IMG/VR virus record: IMGVR_UViG_3300028822_000274
Location: 1 to 64,000 of that record
DNA length: 64,000 nt
Source: a virus
Direction: 5' to 3' (one strand)
A program made the translations under genes and the position numbers. How positions within the stretch are numbered: the first letter of the stretch is position 1; each line of letters starts with the position of its first letter. This document shows, piece after piece, positions 26,103 through 36,817 of this stretch. A model generated the notes under the pieces. That model worked only from the letters and a program-made list of their open reading frames with translations. It was not told the DNA's origin and did not search any database.

Positions 26103-26518
26103 TGCTGACTGAGGTACATATTCAGAGGATGGTAGATAACGCCATCACCAAGTATGACTCTGGACCTATTATGTATTATCCATACGAAGCAGGAGCTGTG
26201 GATATTTACAAACAGCGGACGAAGTCATTCGGAACAGCGGTGTATCTCGTTGGCAGAGCGATCCTGAACCCTACAAAAGAACAGATTTCAGTCATAGGTA
26301 ATGAGGAGCGCTACGACGTAGCGTTCCTCTTTTCCAGGCTTGAAATGATCAAGAAGTTTCCGTCTGCTTCTGAGGGTGAATGGATAAACGTAGATGGAGA
26401 ATTTTCGTGGTGGGATAGAAGGTATAAGATTGAAAAGGTGGCTCCGTCAGGACAAATCGGAGCTTCTTTTTCTCTGGTGATTGCCCTTGGCATGACGATT
26501 CAGGGAAGTCGTGATTGA
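26102..26518 (+). CDS. Head closure/stopper protein (putative)
   Basis: Position and size; beta-rich. Confidence 0.55.
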   Translation: MLTEVHIQRMVDNAITKYDSGPIMYYPYEAGAVDIYKQRTKSFGTAVYLVGRAILNPTKEQISVIGNEERYDVAFLFSRLEMIKKFPSASEGEWINVDGEFSWWDRRYKIEKVAPSGQIGASFSLVIALGMTIQGSRD

Positions 26519-27000
26519 TGACCTCTAGCAAGCAAAGCTCTGTACGGCTAACTGGTGACTGGGAACGTTTTAGAGCCTGGTGTAGCTGGATCGTAAACGG
26601 CGGCCATATGGCAGAGCTTGAGAAAATGGGAGAGCAAATCGGGGGTTTGGTTAGAGGTACACTCAGACGTCATATCACGGCGCAAGACCTGGGATGGAAG
26701 AAGCTCTCTGATCACACAATACAAAAAAAAGGACACCCCGTAGTCTATGTGGATAGTGGAACGTATGTGAGTAGCATAGGAGTAGAAGTACAAAAACAAA
26801 ACACATACGATTTAACAATAAGCATCTTTCCGGACGGTTATTATGAAGAACGCGGCAAAGAAATTGCTGAAATAGCTTTCTACATGGAATACGGAACGAA
26901 GGATATGCCAGCAAGACCTCTTTGGAGACCTGTTTATGAAGCAACCAGGAACATGGAAGAGATCGTGAATTTTGACATGGAAAGGGTGTTTTCTCCATGA
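26515..27000 (+). CDS. Neck/tail completion protein (HK97 gp10 / virion morphogenesis-like)
   Basis: WKKLSDHT..KKG, EYGTKDMPARPLWRP. Confidence 0.75.
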   Translation: MMTSSKQSSVRLTGDWERFRAWCSWIVNGGHMAELEKMGEQIGGLVRGTLRRHITAQDLGWKKLSDHTIQKKGHPVVYVDSGTYVSSIGVEVQKQNTYDLTISIFPDGYYEERGKEIAEIAFYMEYGTKDMPARPLWRPVYEATRNMEEIVNFDMERVFSP

Positions 27001-27704
27001 CGTCTCTGGCTACCACACTAAAAGCGATAGACGCTGCATTGATAGCCAAATACAGCGGAATAACGATAACTACGAGCGATGGAGATACGGCCGTAACTCC
27101 TTTCATAGAATCCCCTCTGCCAGAGGTTTTTGATGAAAGGTCATTTCCTTCAATATCGATAAAACTCCTGTCTGTTCTTCCTGATTACACGAGGATTTAT
27201 GAGTCAGAAGATTTCAACGAAGAAGAAACTGACTACGACGTTACAGTAGATCCACCTGTCAGGAGCATGAGGAGCAAACCTCTTCCGTATCGTATTTTGT
27301 ATTCCGTTGACACATGGCATAGAGCCAGAGCAGGTGAATCTAGGGATCTTGTCACGGAGGCAATTCTCCATAAAACAAGACCTAGAGGTAGTATGACCGT
27401 CCAAAACATAGATGGAGTCGACATAGACGTTTGGATGTTTTGGGAGGGCGGGATACGAACACTCGACGAGATAGATGTTGACGAAATTATCTATCACAAA
27501 ACTTTGAGTGTTGTTATATTGGCTTACTTAAGCACAACTAAGGCTGACACTGTGTCTGAAGAAAAAGCTGTTACTACTGTTGATTTGGACATATACAACA
27601 GACATGTTGAAACCGACTCAACTGGAACAACGGTTGATGACTCTAAGAACGTGAAAGACATTTCAATACGTGTTACAGATACAGATGTCGAAGTGAGTCC
27701 ATGA
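26997..27704 (+). CDS. Tail terminator / Pvc16-like protein
   Basis: Immediately upstream of the sheath gene; FPSISIKLL...P.PYRILYSVDTW. Confidence 0.6.
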   Translation: MTSLATTLKAIDAALIAKYSGITITTSDGDTAVTPFIESPLPEVFDERSFPSISIKLLSVLPDYTRIYESEDFNEEETDYDVTVDPPVRSMRSKPLPYRILYSVDTWHRARAGESRDLVTEAILHKTRPRGSMTVQNIDGVDIDVWMFWEGGIRTLDEIDVDEIIYHKTLSVVILAYLSTTKADTVSEEKAVTTVDLDIYNRHVETDSTGTTVDDSKNVKDISIRVTDTDVEVSP

Positions 27705-27785
27705 TGAGTTTTCACTCCTCCGGAATGCGCTTTTGACATTGGTGTTCTTTAGTGGAGGAGCAAAGCGTTTGTCGCAAAGGAGTAA

Positions 27786-30242
27786 ATGATGCCAATTTAT
27801 ACGTTTCCAGATGTGTACGCGGAGGAGGTAACCTCTCTTGAGGGTCCTATCCAAGCCGCTGCAGTAGGCAAAGGTGGTCTGCAGGCAGTGACTCAGAAGG
27901 GTCCTCCTGGAATCCCGATCAGGACTCGGACCTTCGACGCGTGGAAAGAGATTTTTGGTGGTTATGAGGCTGCGGCTCGTGGCGATGCGGCTTACGAGGC
28001 CAAGGCGTTTTTCGCTGAGGGTGGCTTCGAGTTGATCACCGTTCGCCAGGTGGCCTACACCGACATCGACGACAAGACGACCTTTGTTGGCGGTGTTGCA
28101 TCGAGGACCATCGATACTGACGGTGTTGCTGCGACTGCTGCTACGAAAACAGGGGCTGTCGGTACGTACGCCATGTCTGCAGGTGATACCGTTGTAGTAG
28201 ACGTCGATGACGCCGGTGACGCTACGGCAACGTTTGACGCTGCTGCCGGATATGTCGAAGACACGACTGGTTATCCTGTCGCAGATCAAGACGGTCTAAC
28301 CATCACCCTCAAAATTGATAATGGTGCTACCCAGACAGTGACGTTCTCCGGAGCAACCACAACTGTTGCTGGCATCATCGATCAAATCAATGCCCAGATT
28401 TACGGTGGTTACGCAACGGAAAATGGCGGGCAGCTCAGGATCGTCAGTGACAAGCTCGGAACTGGGAGTTCTGTGGAAATCACTGGTGGTACCCACGGTT
28501 TGACGTTTGGTGCTGCCACTGCCGGTACCGGTGATGTTGTTGACATTCGTGCAGTCACTGCCACTGAGGTTAAAACTGTCATCGAGGCCGACACCACTGC
28601 GACTGTGACGGTGAATGCAGATGGATCATTTACGATTTCTTCCCCGACGACTGGCGCTGCCTCTGAGCTGGACTTTACCGGCGGTACTGGCCTCACTGCT
28701 CTCGGCCTTTCGGTCGAAACCATCGTCGGAACTGCAGCAGGTGCGACGTTCAACACGTTGACACTTCAATGCGGCTACCGCAGCTACACTGCTCCAGGAG
28801 TTTATGGTAATCTGTTGAAGGCGAAGATCACCCAGAATCCGAGGCATGCGTCTGCAGGAGCTGGATCCGACATCGCCGCTGACATTACCGCTTCGGATAC
28901 GTCCGTCCAGGTTGTTTCGGCACAAGGGATCAATGCTGGCTCAGTGATTAAGGTCACTGATGGTACGAACACCGAGTACAAAGAGGTGACCGGTGTGAGA
29001 ACCACTGTTGTGGCCGGAGTCGTATCATTCTTCGTCGACATCGATGGCACGTTCTCCAACCCCTATGTGACTGGTGTTACCACGCTTCAAACCCAGGAGT
29101 TCGACATCCAGGTGTACGAGGGCGATGTTTTGGTCGAGACATGGCCTCAGTTGTCGATGCTCGATACCGCTGACAACTACGTCGAAACGGTCATCAACGA
29201 TGAGAATTTCGGTTCGAAGTACATCGTAGCGACCGACCTTGACGCTGCTGCCGGACTCGGTGCTGATCTTCCTGCCAGTGATTCTGCTGCTACAGCTCTT
29301 TCTGGTGGATCCTCTGAGATCGTTGGCTTGGCCGACACTCACTGGATTGGATCCTCGACAGGCAAGACAGGTCTGTATGCGTGGGATGAGATCAACGAGT
29401 TCATGCCGTTCTGTACGCCTGGTAACAACAACGCTGCTCTCGTCCATGCTGCTGCGGCTTATGCCAAGGACAGAATCTGGATGGAGTACCTGACCTACGT
29501 TGACACTGGCATGGCCGGTGCTGACGCTGTGGCGTATCGTGAGTCCATCCTCGGTGTTGATTCGAGTTACGTGTCTCTGTACGCCGGTGGCGAGAAGGTC
29601 TTCGACCCTGCTGGTTCCGGGTCCGCTCCACGGCGTCTCATCTCTGGCCTGGGTGCCATGATGGGTATCCGTGCCCGCGTTGATTCTTTGTCCGATTCTG
29701 GACCGTGGGAAGCCCCCGCTGGCCAGGGCGACTTCGGTGTCCTCCGCTCTGCCCTCGACGTTGCTACCGAGTACAGCAACACCGACCACGGGCTGATGAA
29801 CGACGCTCACATCAACGTCATCAGGAAGTTCTCAAACACGAGTGCTCCGGTTGTTTGGGGTACCAGAACTCTGGACGCTTCTGTGCCGCAGAAGTTCCGG
29901 TACATTCCAGTACGCAGGTTCTTCCAGTTTGTGGAGAAATCGATTGTCGACTCCACTCGTTGGGCTGTGTTCCGGAACAACAACGACAACCTGTGGGTGC
30001 GGCTGAAAGATCGTATCAGTGATTTCCTTCTGGGTCTGTTGGGTGACGGGGCTTTCCCGACCACCGAGGCGGCAACCGCGTACTTCGTCAAGATCGGATT
30101 CGCTGACGGAACCATGGACAGCGACGACGTTGACAGCGGCAAGGTCATCGGACAAATCGCACTCGCTCCGAACAAGCCGGGCGAATTCATCATTTTCCGT
30201 TTCAGCCAATACACTGCTGGAGCGGATGTAACTGAGGCATAA
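27786..30242 (+). CDS. Contractile tail sheath protein
   Basis: YTFPDVYAEE, GPWEAPAG, INVIRKF...VWGTRTL, RYIPVRRFFQFVEKSI...WAVFRNN, IALAPNKPGEFIIFRFSQ. Confidence 0.95.
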   Translation: MMPIYTFPDVYAEEVTSLEGPIQAAAVGKGGLQAVTQKGPPGIPIRTRTFDAWKEIFGGYEAAARGDAAYEAKAFFAEGGFELITVRQVAYTDIDDKTTFVGGVASRTIDTDGVAATAATKTGAVGTYAMSAGDTVVVDVDDAGDATATFDAAAGYVEDTTGYPVADQDGLTITLKIDNGATQTVTFSGATTTVAGIIDQINAQIYGGYATENGGQLRIVSDKLGTGSSVEITGGTHGLTFGAATAGTGDVVDIRAVTATEVKTVIEADTTATVTVNADGSFTISSPTTGAASELDFTGGTGLTALGLSVETIVGTAAGATFNTLTLQCGYRSYTAPGVYGNLLKAKITQNPRHASAGAGSDIAADITASDTSVQVVSAQGINAGSVIKVTDGTNTEYKEVTGVRTTVVAGVVSFFVDIDGTFSNPYVTGVTTLQTQEFDIQVYEGDVLVETWPQLSMLDTADNYVETVINDENFGSKYIVATDLDAAAGLGADLPASDSAATALSGGSSEIVGLADTHWIGSSTGKTGLYAWDEINEFMPFCTPGNNNAALVHAAAAYAKDRIWMEYLTYVDTGMAGADAVAYRESILGVDSSYVSLYAGGEKVFDPAGSGSAPRRLISGLGAMMGIRARVDSLSDSGPWEAPAGQGDFGVLRSALDVATEYSNTDHGLMNDAHINVIRKFSNTSAPVVWGTRTLDASVPQKFRYIPVRRFFQFVEKSIVDSTRWAVFRNNNDNLWVRLKDRISDFLLGLLGDGAFPTTEAATAYFVKIGFADGTMDSDDVDSGKVIGQIALAPNKPGEFIIFRFSQYTAGADVTEA

Positions 30243-30267
30243 ACAGCTTCGAGACTGGAGGAAATAG

Positions 30268-30723
30268 ATGCCTGATCCGTATCGCAATTTTAAGTTCGAG
30301 GTTGAAATCGATGGTTTCGTCAGGGCTGGCTTCTCGATGGTGAGTGGACTCAGCGACACCACCGAGGACATCACATACCGGGAGGGAGGGGAGAATGAGA
30401 CTCCTCACCATCTCCCAGGGCAGACCACATTCAATGACCTCACTCTGTCGCGTGGTTCGTCGGATGATTCTGATTTCATCTCTTGGCGAGAGGAGATCTT
30501 TGACATCGACAAATCGAACGGTGCTCAGGGTGACAATGAGTCGTTCCGGCGTTCGCTGACGATTTATCTCAAGGATAAATCCGGTGCGAGGGTCAAGAAG
30601 TGGAAAGTTCGGAGGGCTTGGCCCAAGGAATTCACCACTGAAGATCTCGACGCCAGTGGAAACGATGTTTTGATTGAAAATATCGTCCTCGCCAATGAGG
30701 GCGTGAAAAAAGAGACATTGTAA
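30268..30723 (+). CDS. Tail tube protein (T4 gp19 / Afp-Pvc tube family)
   Basis: DPYRNFKFEVEIDG..AGF..VSGL...YREGG...LPGQT...LTLSRG...AWP...LDASGNDVLIE. Confidence 0.95.
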   Translation: MPDPYRNFKFEVEIDGFVRAGFSMVSGLSDTTEDITYREGGENETPHHLPGQTTFNDLTLSRGSSDDSDFISWREEIFDIDKSNGAQGDNESFRRSLTIYLKDKSGARVKKWKVRRAWPKEFTTEDLDASGNDVLIENIVLANEGVKKETL

Positions 30724-30781
30724 GTAACACGTAGTTGTTTCGGCATAAGCCACAACAATTTTGACCACAGGAGACAATTCA

Positions 30782-31621
30782 ATGACCGACGAGATCCATT
30801 CTATCGATGATTATGTCAGCCAGGATGACGTAGACATCTCTGATGCCGTTCGTTTGCCCGTAGGGTTGGAGGTCAACGGCACCCGTTATCGTGAAGTTGT
30901 TATTGACGAGATGACGGGTGTCGACGACCACAATCTGTCTTCCAAAAAGGTTTCCACAAACGGAGCGAAAGGCGTGTCCATGATTCTGAACCGTTGTATC
31001 CAGGAAGTACCTGGTTATCTCGATCAGAAACGGGATCCGTCCAAGCTTTTCAATCGTTCGTTGGCTCAAAACCTGACTGTGATCGACCGTGATTACCTCA
31101 TCTCCAGGATCTACATGCTTGGCGGCGAGAATGACGTTGTTATGGCCGGTAAATGCCCGAGGTGTGGTGATTCCTGGGAGGAAGATACGAAGCTCAGTGA
31201 CATGGAGGTCATCGAGTGGCCTGAGGACAAACCACTGGAGATCGAATTCGAGCTTCCTGTCGGATTGACGACAGTCAAAGATGGAAAAAGAGTGATCCAC
31301 AAAAAAGGGCGTTTGAGGTTCCCTACTGGAAAAGAGCAAGAGCGTGTCGGAGATCTCGACAGTCCGGCGTCTGCTTTCGATGCCATGTTTGCAGCATGCA
31401 TCGTTGAGCTTGGCGAGTTGGCGTCTGAGGACATCGACCAAACGACCATGAGGAATATGAAGTCGAGGGACCGAAGATACCTCATGCGACACATGCAAGT
31501 TTCGCTTCCTGGTCTTCGCCAGTGGAAAATTGTAAAATGTGAATGTGGTCGGCTGTTCGACATTACCGCTGACCTCACGGCTTTTTTCGATGGGAGGCAG
31601 GAGAGCGGAAACAAGTCCTAA
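30782..31621 (+). CDS. Tail assembly chaperone (0-frame product)
   Basis: Lies between tube and tape measure; LPVGL, LTVIDRDYL, CPRCG, RFPTG, CECG. Confidence 0.8.
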   Translation: MTDEIHSIDDYVSQDDVDISDAVRLPVGLEVNGTRYREVVIDEMTGVDDHNLSSKKVSTNGAKGVSMILNRCIQEVPGYLDQKRDPSKLFNRSLAQNLTVIDRDYLISRIYMLGGENDVVMAGKCPRCGDSWEEDTKLSDMEVIEWPEDKPLEIEFELPVGLTTVKDGKRVIHKKGRLRFPTGKEQERVGDLDSPASAFDAMFAACIVELGELASEDIDQTTMRNMKSRDRRYLMRHMQVSLPGLRQWKIVKCECGRLFDITADLTAFFDGRQESGNKS

Positions 31622-31761
31622 AGAATCTAGTCGAACAGGTTCACCATCTTGCGACAGCTTACGGATGGACCGAAGATCAGGTTCTGCGCCTCCCAAACAA
31701 ACGGCGGTTGGCCTATTGTACTTTAATCAATAGGGACTGGCGAAAACAACGAGGTACCTGA
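31582..31761 (+). CDS. -1 frameshift extension of the tail assembly chaperone
   Basis: Slippery T TTT TTC at 31582-31588; the -1 frame reads ...EQVHHLATAYGWTEDQVLRLPNKRRLAY... and its TGA overlaps the tape measure ATG. Confidence 0.8.
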   Translation, partial: FFRWEAGERKQVLKNLVEQVHHLATAYGWTEDQVLRLPNKRRLAYCTLINRDWRKQRGT

Positions 31762-34559
31762 TGCCCCTTTCTCTCAGCGGAACCGGTGGTAGCAACATGA
31801 TGATGGGTATTCAAATGCACATGAGTACTCAGGGTGTTGTTACCGGCGCAACTCTAGTCAATCAAAAAATGGAGAATATCGGCAAAACGGCCAGGAGAAC
31901 GGCTCGTAATATCGATGCGACCTCTGAATCAGTCCACGAAATGGGCCAAGCGTATCTCCAGGCATCAGCGAGTCTGGCTGCGTTTGGGTTTGGGATTCGA
32001 CAAATAGGCGTTTCGATTTTCGAGGGTTTCACTAAGCCTATTGTTGATGCCGCCTCCAAATATGAAACCGCCATGTCTCGCATGCAGTTTGCGACGAATG
32101 CGACAGAAAGAGAGATGGCGGATCTGGACAGGACTATGATTCGCGTTGGTTTGGAGACAATTGAAACTCCTGCCAGTGCCGCTGAGGCGTTTCGTAGTTT
32201 GAGGACTGCTGGTCTTGAAACTAACGAAGCACTCGCTCTTCTGCCCAAGACAGTTCAGATGGTGACTGGCGCTGCCGGTATGATGGGGATGGATCAGGCC
32301 GTTCGTGCGACTGTTGCGACGGTTAAAAAATTCCAACATACCGGAGCGTCCTTCACCAAGCTAATGGATGACATCGCACAGGCGACACGTGAGACAGCGT
32401 TGCAGTGGGAAGATATGCCTGTGTTCATCAACGCACTTCGTGATGCTCCTATGAGACTTCGGGCGACTACGGCAGAAATGCTGGCACTTGGTGGTGTGAT
32501 GAAGGCCGGTGGTATGCAGTCTGCGCAGGCCGGTCAGGCGATTTCGATTTTCGCGAACAAGCTGATCACGAACTCACGTAAAATTAATGCCGTCATGGCC
32601 AAGGGCGGCCTGGCAAAAGAAGATTTCTTCGCGATGGACCCGAAGAATTTACGACGAAGAATGATCATGCTCCAGAAATTCGGTGTCGAAATGTTCGATG
32701 TCGCTGGCAAGCTGAAACCACTGAAGCAGATTCTAGTTGAGGTCATAACGAGATCTCAGGAGCTTGCGAAAGTCAGTGACGAGGAGGCTCTGACGACAAT
32801 CAGTGGCGTGTTCGGAGAAAAAGCGGGTTCAATGATCTCCATGCTCCAGCAGCTATCTAAAAACGGAATTGATGCTGGGCAAGCCATGTCAAAGCTGATC
32901 AATTCTGTGGATAAGTCAGCAGGAGCAATGGAAAAAGCAGAAAAGGCTTTCCTCAATACTTCAGAAGGTATCAACAAACTCATTGAAGGTACCCAACAAA
33001 CGATTCAGCTCCTTCTAGGAAGGACCGTTCTTCCTCTCTATGCAGACCTTTTGGTCATAATGAAATCTGTGCTGAATTCATTCTTATCTTTTGTCGAGAA
33101 TCACCCAGCTGTCGCTCGTGCACTCACTGTCATAACAATAGGGATAGGTGCATTGGCAGTAGCATTCGGAACACTGCTTCTTGTTCTTGCTGGAACACTG
33201 TTTTACACACAAATCCTTGGTCCTGCTTTGCTTGCGATTGGTGGTCCTGCTGCAGCGGTTGCTTTAGGTCTTACGGCAATACAAGCTGCTATGGCTCCTC
33301 TTGCTGTTATGGGTGCTGTGGTAGCCGGTGTATTTGTTGCTATGTTTGCTGCTTTCAAGTTGTTTGATCATGTAATGACGTCACAGACTGATGCCGTTGC
33401 GATAACGATCAGAAATTTCTTCAACGACATCAAGTTGATCGCTCAGGGTGTTATGGAATGGTGGAACGGAAAGGGCGGACCGAACTCGATGAAACTGTTC
33501 GAGCAACTTGAAGAACGAGAGCTTACCGGAATAGTCGGGGCTTTACTCCAGTTTAAGGAAAGAATAGTCAGTTTGTTTTCTGGCATTTGGCAGGGGGTTA
33601 AAGATGCGTTTTCTCCTTTGTTGGCTGCCATCAGGGGTGTTTGGTGGGCGGTAGGGTTCTTGTTCGATAGAGTAAATTCCTTGTTCCGTCTATTTGATAC
33701 GAGCGACATCAGAGATCAGCTGCCTAAGTGGGAAGCTCTGGGTAGAGTCATAGGATGGATCGCTGGGACTGTTTTAGTTCTATTCATAGCTAAAACAGTA
33801 GCTGCAACTGTGGCTCAGGCTGCACTTGGTGTTGTTATGTTGGTCACGAATATCAAAACAATAGCTCTTGCTGCAGCAGTAATTGCCTTGGGGTATGCGT
33901 ACGTGTGGGCCTTAAAGAAAGCTGATTCATTTGGCGAAAAACTTGGCCCGTGGATGTATGACATGATTGATAAAGCACAGATCGCTGGCGCAAAAATGCA
34001 GCACAAAATAGGCGATCTTGGCAGATTTGTTGTGGCTTGGTTCAAGGAAGGGTTTACTGAAGGATGGGATCAGTTTGTAAGCTGGCTTTTGAAGCAAGCC
34101 GAATATGTAATTACTTTGTTAAAATCGCATATAGGATTGGCTAGTTCTGAAGATGTTGACAAGGCTTTTAAAAAAGCTGCCGGTAAAGCGATGTATGCGC
34201 CAAAATATGGCACAGAAAGAATTGCGGAACTTACAGTAAAGGAACATTACGGTGTGCCAAACGCAGCCGAAATGAAAAACGAAGCCATGCGAGCCGAGAC
34301 TGCTTATGCTTATGCTCGCTCAAAGGGCGTTAAATTAGAAAAGCCTGATAGAGGTTCTATCGACTACTCTCTTGAGTCTGGTGGCCATCGTGAATGGGGT
34401 GATTACCATAAAAACCACAAAATAGAAAACGTCAACATCACAATACAGGGCGATGTAACACGAGATAACGCCAAGCATTTTGCTGACAAGGTTTCCGATG
34501 CCATGTATTCCAAAATGGAGCAGGAATGGGAACTTGGCTATTCTGTCATGGAGGAGTAG
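31761..34559 (+). CDS. Tape measure protein
   Basis: 932 aa, Ala-rich and helical, with a TP901-like core and central hydrophobic segments. Confidence 0.92.
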   Translation: MPLSLSGTGGSNMMMGIQMHMSTQGVVTGATLVNQKMENIGKTARRTARNIDATSESVHEMGQAYLQASASLAAFGFGIRQIGVSIFEGFTKPIVDAASKYETAMSRMQFATNATEREMADLDRTMIRVGLETIETPASAAEAFRSLRTAGLETNEALALLPKTVQMVTGAAGMMGMDQAVRATVATVKKFQHTGASFTKLMDDIAQATRETALQWEDMPVFINALRDAPMRLRATTAEMLALGGVMKAGGMQSAQAGQAISIFANKLITNSRKINAVMAKGGLAKEDFFAMDPKNLRRRMIMLQKFGVEMFDVAGKLKPLKQILVEVITRSQELAKVSDEEALTTISGVFGEKAGSMISMLQQLSKNGIDAGQAMSKLINSVDKSAGAMEKAEKAFLNTSEGINKLIEGTQQTIQLLLGRTVLPLYADLLVIMKSVLNSFLSFVENHPAVARALTVITIGIGALAVAFGTLLLVLAGTLFYTQILGPALLAIGGPAAAVALGLTAIQAAMAPLAVMGAVVAGVFVAMFAAFKLFDHVMTSQTDAVAITIRNFFNDIKLIAQGVMEWWNGKGGPNSMKLFEQLEERELTGIVGALLQFKERIVSLFSGIWQGVKDAFSPLLAAIRGVWWAVGFLFDRVNSLFRLFDTSDIRDQLPKWEALGRVIGWIAGTVLVLFIAKTVAATVAQAALGVVMLVTNIKTIALAAAVIALGYAYVWALKKADSFGEKLGPWMYDMIDKAQIAGAKMQHKIGDLGRFVVAWFKEGFTEGWDQFVSWLLKQAEYVITLLKSHIGLASSEDVDKAFKKAAGKAMYAPKYGTERIAELTVKEHYGVPNAAEMKNEAMRAETAYAYARSKGVKLEKPDRGSIDYSLESGGHREWGDYHKNHKIENVNITIQGDVTRDNAKHFADKVSDAMYSKMEQEWELGYSVMEE

Positions 34560-35108
34560 ATGAGTTACTCAGGTAGACCACTAAAAAAGGGTTGGCTTGG
34601 CAGGATTAGAAACGGTGAATTAGACGGTTTCTATGATTTTCAATACAACCCGACGGACTTTACTGAGTCGGTGAATCCTCAATACTCAATGGTAGACCCT
34701 CCCGGGTCTCCAATGCCTACTGCCGTTTTTAAATCTTTATCCAATGATGAAGTTGCATTCCGGCTTTTGCTTGATGCCACAGATCCTTATTACGACGAGC
34801 AGCTAGGGATATGGGCTCAGCAGGCATTCCTAGAAAGCCTCGCTCGTCCTGAACTCGAAACATACATGGAAGGCCTCGGTCAGTTTGTTCCGCCGCCTCG
34901 TGTTGTCCTCGGTTTAGGGCCTAGAATTTGGGATTGTGTTCTCACTAACTATTCTTTCCGTACTATTCGGTGGAATCGGGAAATGATTCCTACACGTGGT
35001 TTTGCAGATGTTGCATTCAAAACAGTATTTGTCGATTTCGACACGATAACTGGCCAGTATCAAGAGCTTCTTGTTTATAGAGATATGGCAGAGCTAAAAG
35101 GAGCGTAA
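34560..35108 (+). CDS. Tail tube initiator / CIS tube-like protein
   Basis: FQYNPT...LLLDAT...PPRVVLGLG...IPTRG pattern. Confidence 0.7.
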   Translation: MSYSGRPLKKGWLGRIRNGELDGFYDFQYNPTDFTESVNPQYSMVDPPGSPMPTAVFKSLSNDEVAFRLLLDATDPYYDEQLGIWAQQAFLESLARPELETYMEGLGQFVPPPRVVLGLGPRIWDCVLTNYSFRTIRWNREMIPTRGFADVAFKTVFVDFDTITGQYQELLVYRDMAELKGA

Positions 35109-35405
35109 ATGACGATTTTCTCTGGATCTAGGTATCGGATAGAAAAACCGATTCAAGTTCAAACAGCTGAAGGAACGAGTATTTGCCATAAGCTCAGGAA
35201 AACAACAGTTGAACCGCCTTTGGGTTCAAAAAGATACACTACAAAAGCGGGGGACACGTTAGAGTCGTTGGCCTTCGAACGCTACGGAAACGCGAATAAG
35301 TGGTACATCATAGCTGATGTCAATCCACATGTTTTCTGGATGTTCGATTTGATGGCTGGCCAGGACATCATCATTCCACCGAAATCATACGCGGAGCTTG
35401 GTTAA
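35109..35405 (+). CDS. LysM-domain baseplate protein (gpX-like)
   Basis: GSRY...GDTLESLAFERYGNANKWYIIADVNP...GQDIIIP. Confidence 0.85.
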   Translation: MTIFSGSRYRIEKPIQVQTAEGTSICHKLRKTTVEPPLGSKRYTTKAGDTLESLAFERYGNANKWYIIADVNPHVFWMFDLMAGQDIIIPPKSYAELG

Positions 35406-36817
35406 TGAATGCAGTTAAATTCCCTCTTATGGCATTTTGGGTTGCTGGGAAAGAGTTATCCTCAAGCGCTATGAGAAACATTCTCAACATTTCTCTAACG
35501 TACAGAGAGAAGAAAGCTTCTGATGGCACTGTTATTTTCAGTGACCCTGATTTTGAGCTTGCGTCATCTCAGGTCTTCAAGAAAGGGCGCAGTTTTGCAT
35601 TTTTATTGGGGTGGGCTAACGAGGCGAAGCCTTGTGGCCCATTCATAGTTAAGAAGTACTCTATCGACGCCGGGTCAGATGGGATGCCAAAATTTATACT
35701 ATCTTTTCAGGACCTGTCTCACAAATTGAACAAGAAGCAGAAAACGAAAAAACATCTCGGAAAACCTGCTCAAATCATAAAAAAGATTGCTGAGGAAAAT
35801 GATCTTGGGTACGACATCCAGAGTATCGAAGCTCTTGAGTTCACAGATTCTTTTCCTTTGATGCAAGCCCACATGACAGACGCACACCTTATCCAGTGGC
35901 TGGCGAATAAATACGGATACGTTTGGGGTCTTGAAGGACAAACATTGGTTTTCCGCAGACCTGAAAATGATGATGACGCTGGCAGGCAAACTGAGGTTCC
36001 TGTTTTGTCATACCGTATTCATGGCGCATCAATGTCGAGTTTTTCGTGCGAAGTTAAGTTCGCCAGCAAAGGTAAGAGAAAAAATGCTACGCAGAAGAGT
36101 TCTGGCATAGATGTTTTGACAGATGCTCCATTGAAGAATCAATCTATAGCAGCCATAGATACCGTAAAAGATTCAATACGTGAGGTTGTTCCACAGATTG
36201 GCCAGGCGATTGAAGGTGCATTTTCTGGTAGTGAAGCTGCACAAACAGATAAAGAAAAGCCATATAGCGGTAAGGTTAAAAATTTTGATGCTCCGACTGG
36301 TTTTTGGAGTGAGACCGAATTAGGGTCTGCCATATCCGATGCCATTGGCACAGATGAAAAAGATGAGGAATCTGGCGGTGACACTAAGAGCAGAGAAGAG
36401 GCTCTTAGGGAGTCTGCTGGTGTCCTATCGAGGTCGACTGAAATAATAGAAGCATCAGTTCAGCCGAGACTGGCCTCCATGAAGTACCGTCCGGGTGCAT
36501 CTGTGATTCTCGCTGGTTTAGGTCCTAGATTCAGCGGTAAATATCGCATTACCGAAGTCAGACATGTGTATGGGGAAAATTCGTTTACGACAACTTTGTC
36601 TGTCGTTAAACGTGATTTTGGTCCTTCAGGAAAAGACAGGGAAAAAATAGGTGACGCTGCCGAACAGCCTGAAAACATACCAGGCAACGAAGACACAAGT
36701 ACGAAGCCCCCCTCTAAGGATTTTTATGATGATTATAAAGATTTTGGCCTTGGTACGGGGCAATGGTCAACCAGAAGAGAAAAGCGAAAAAAGATCGACG
36801 GAGTAGATGATGTTTAA
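35405..36817 (+). CDS. Baseplate hub / late control D-like protein
   Basis: IIKKIAEE, QAHMTDAHLIQWLA, GLGPRFSGKYRITEVRH...FTTTL. Confidence 0.8.
   Translation: MNAVKFPLMAFWVAGKELSSSAMRNILNISLTYREKKASDGTVIFSDPDFELASSQVFKKGRSFAFLLGWANEAKPCGPFIVKKYSIDAGSDGMPKFILSFQDLSHKLNKKQKTKKHLGKPAQIIKKIAEENDLGYDIQSIEALEFTDSFPLMQAHMTDAHLIQWLANKYGYVWGLEGQTLVFRRPENDDDAGRQTEVPVLSYRIHGASMSSFSCEVKFASKGKRKNATQKSSGIDVLTDAPLKNQSIAAIDTVKDSIREVVPQIGQAIEGAFSGSEAAQTDKEKPYSGKVKNFDAPTGFWSETELGSAISDAIGTDEKDEESGGDTKSREEALRESAGVLSRSTEIIEASVQPRLASMKYRPGASVILAGLGPRFSGKYRITEVRHVYGENSFTTTLSVVKRDFGPSGKDREKIGDAAEQPENIPGNEDTSTKPPSKDFYDDYKDFGLGTGQWSTRREKRKKIDGVDDV

Noticed and set aside
29025-31696. Long minus-strand ORFs over the sheath, tube and chaperone genes (29025..29810, 30202..30777, 30779..31696)
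   Set aside because: Antisense shadows of well-supported + strand structural genes
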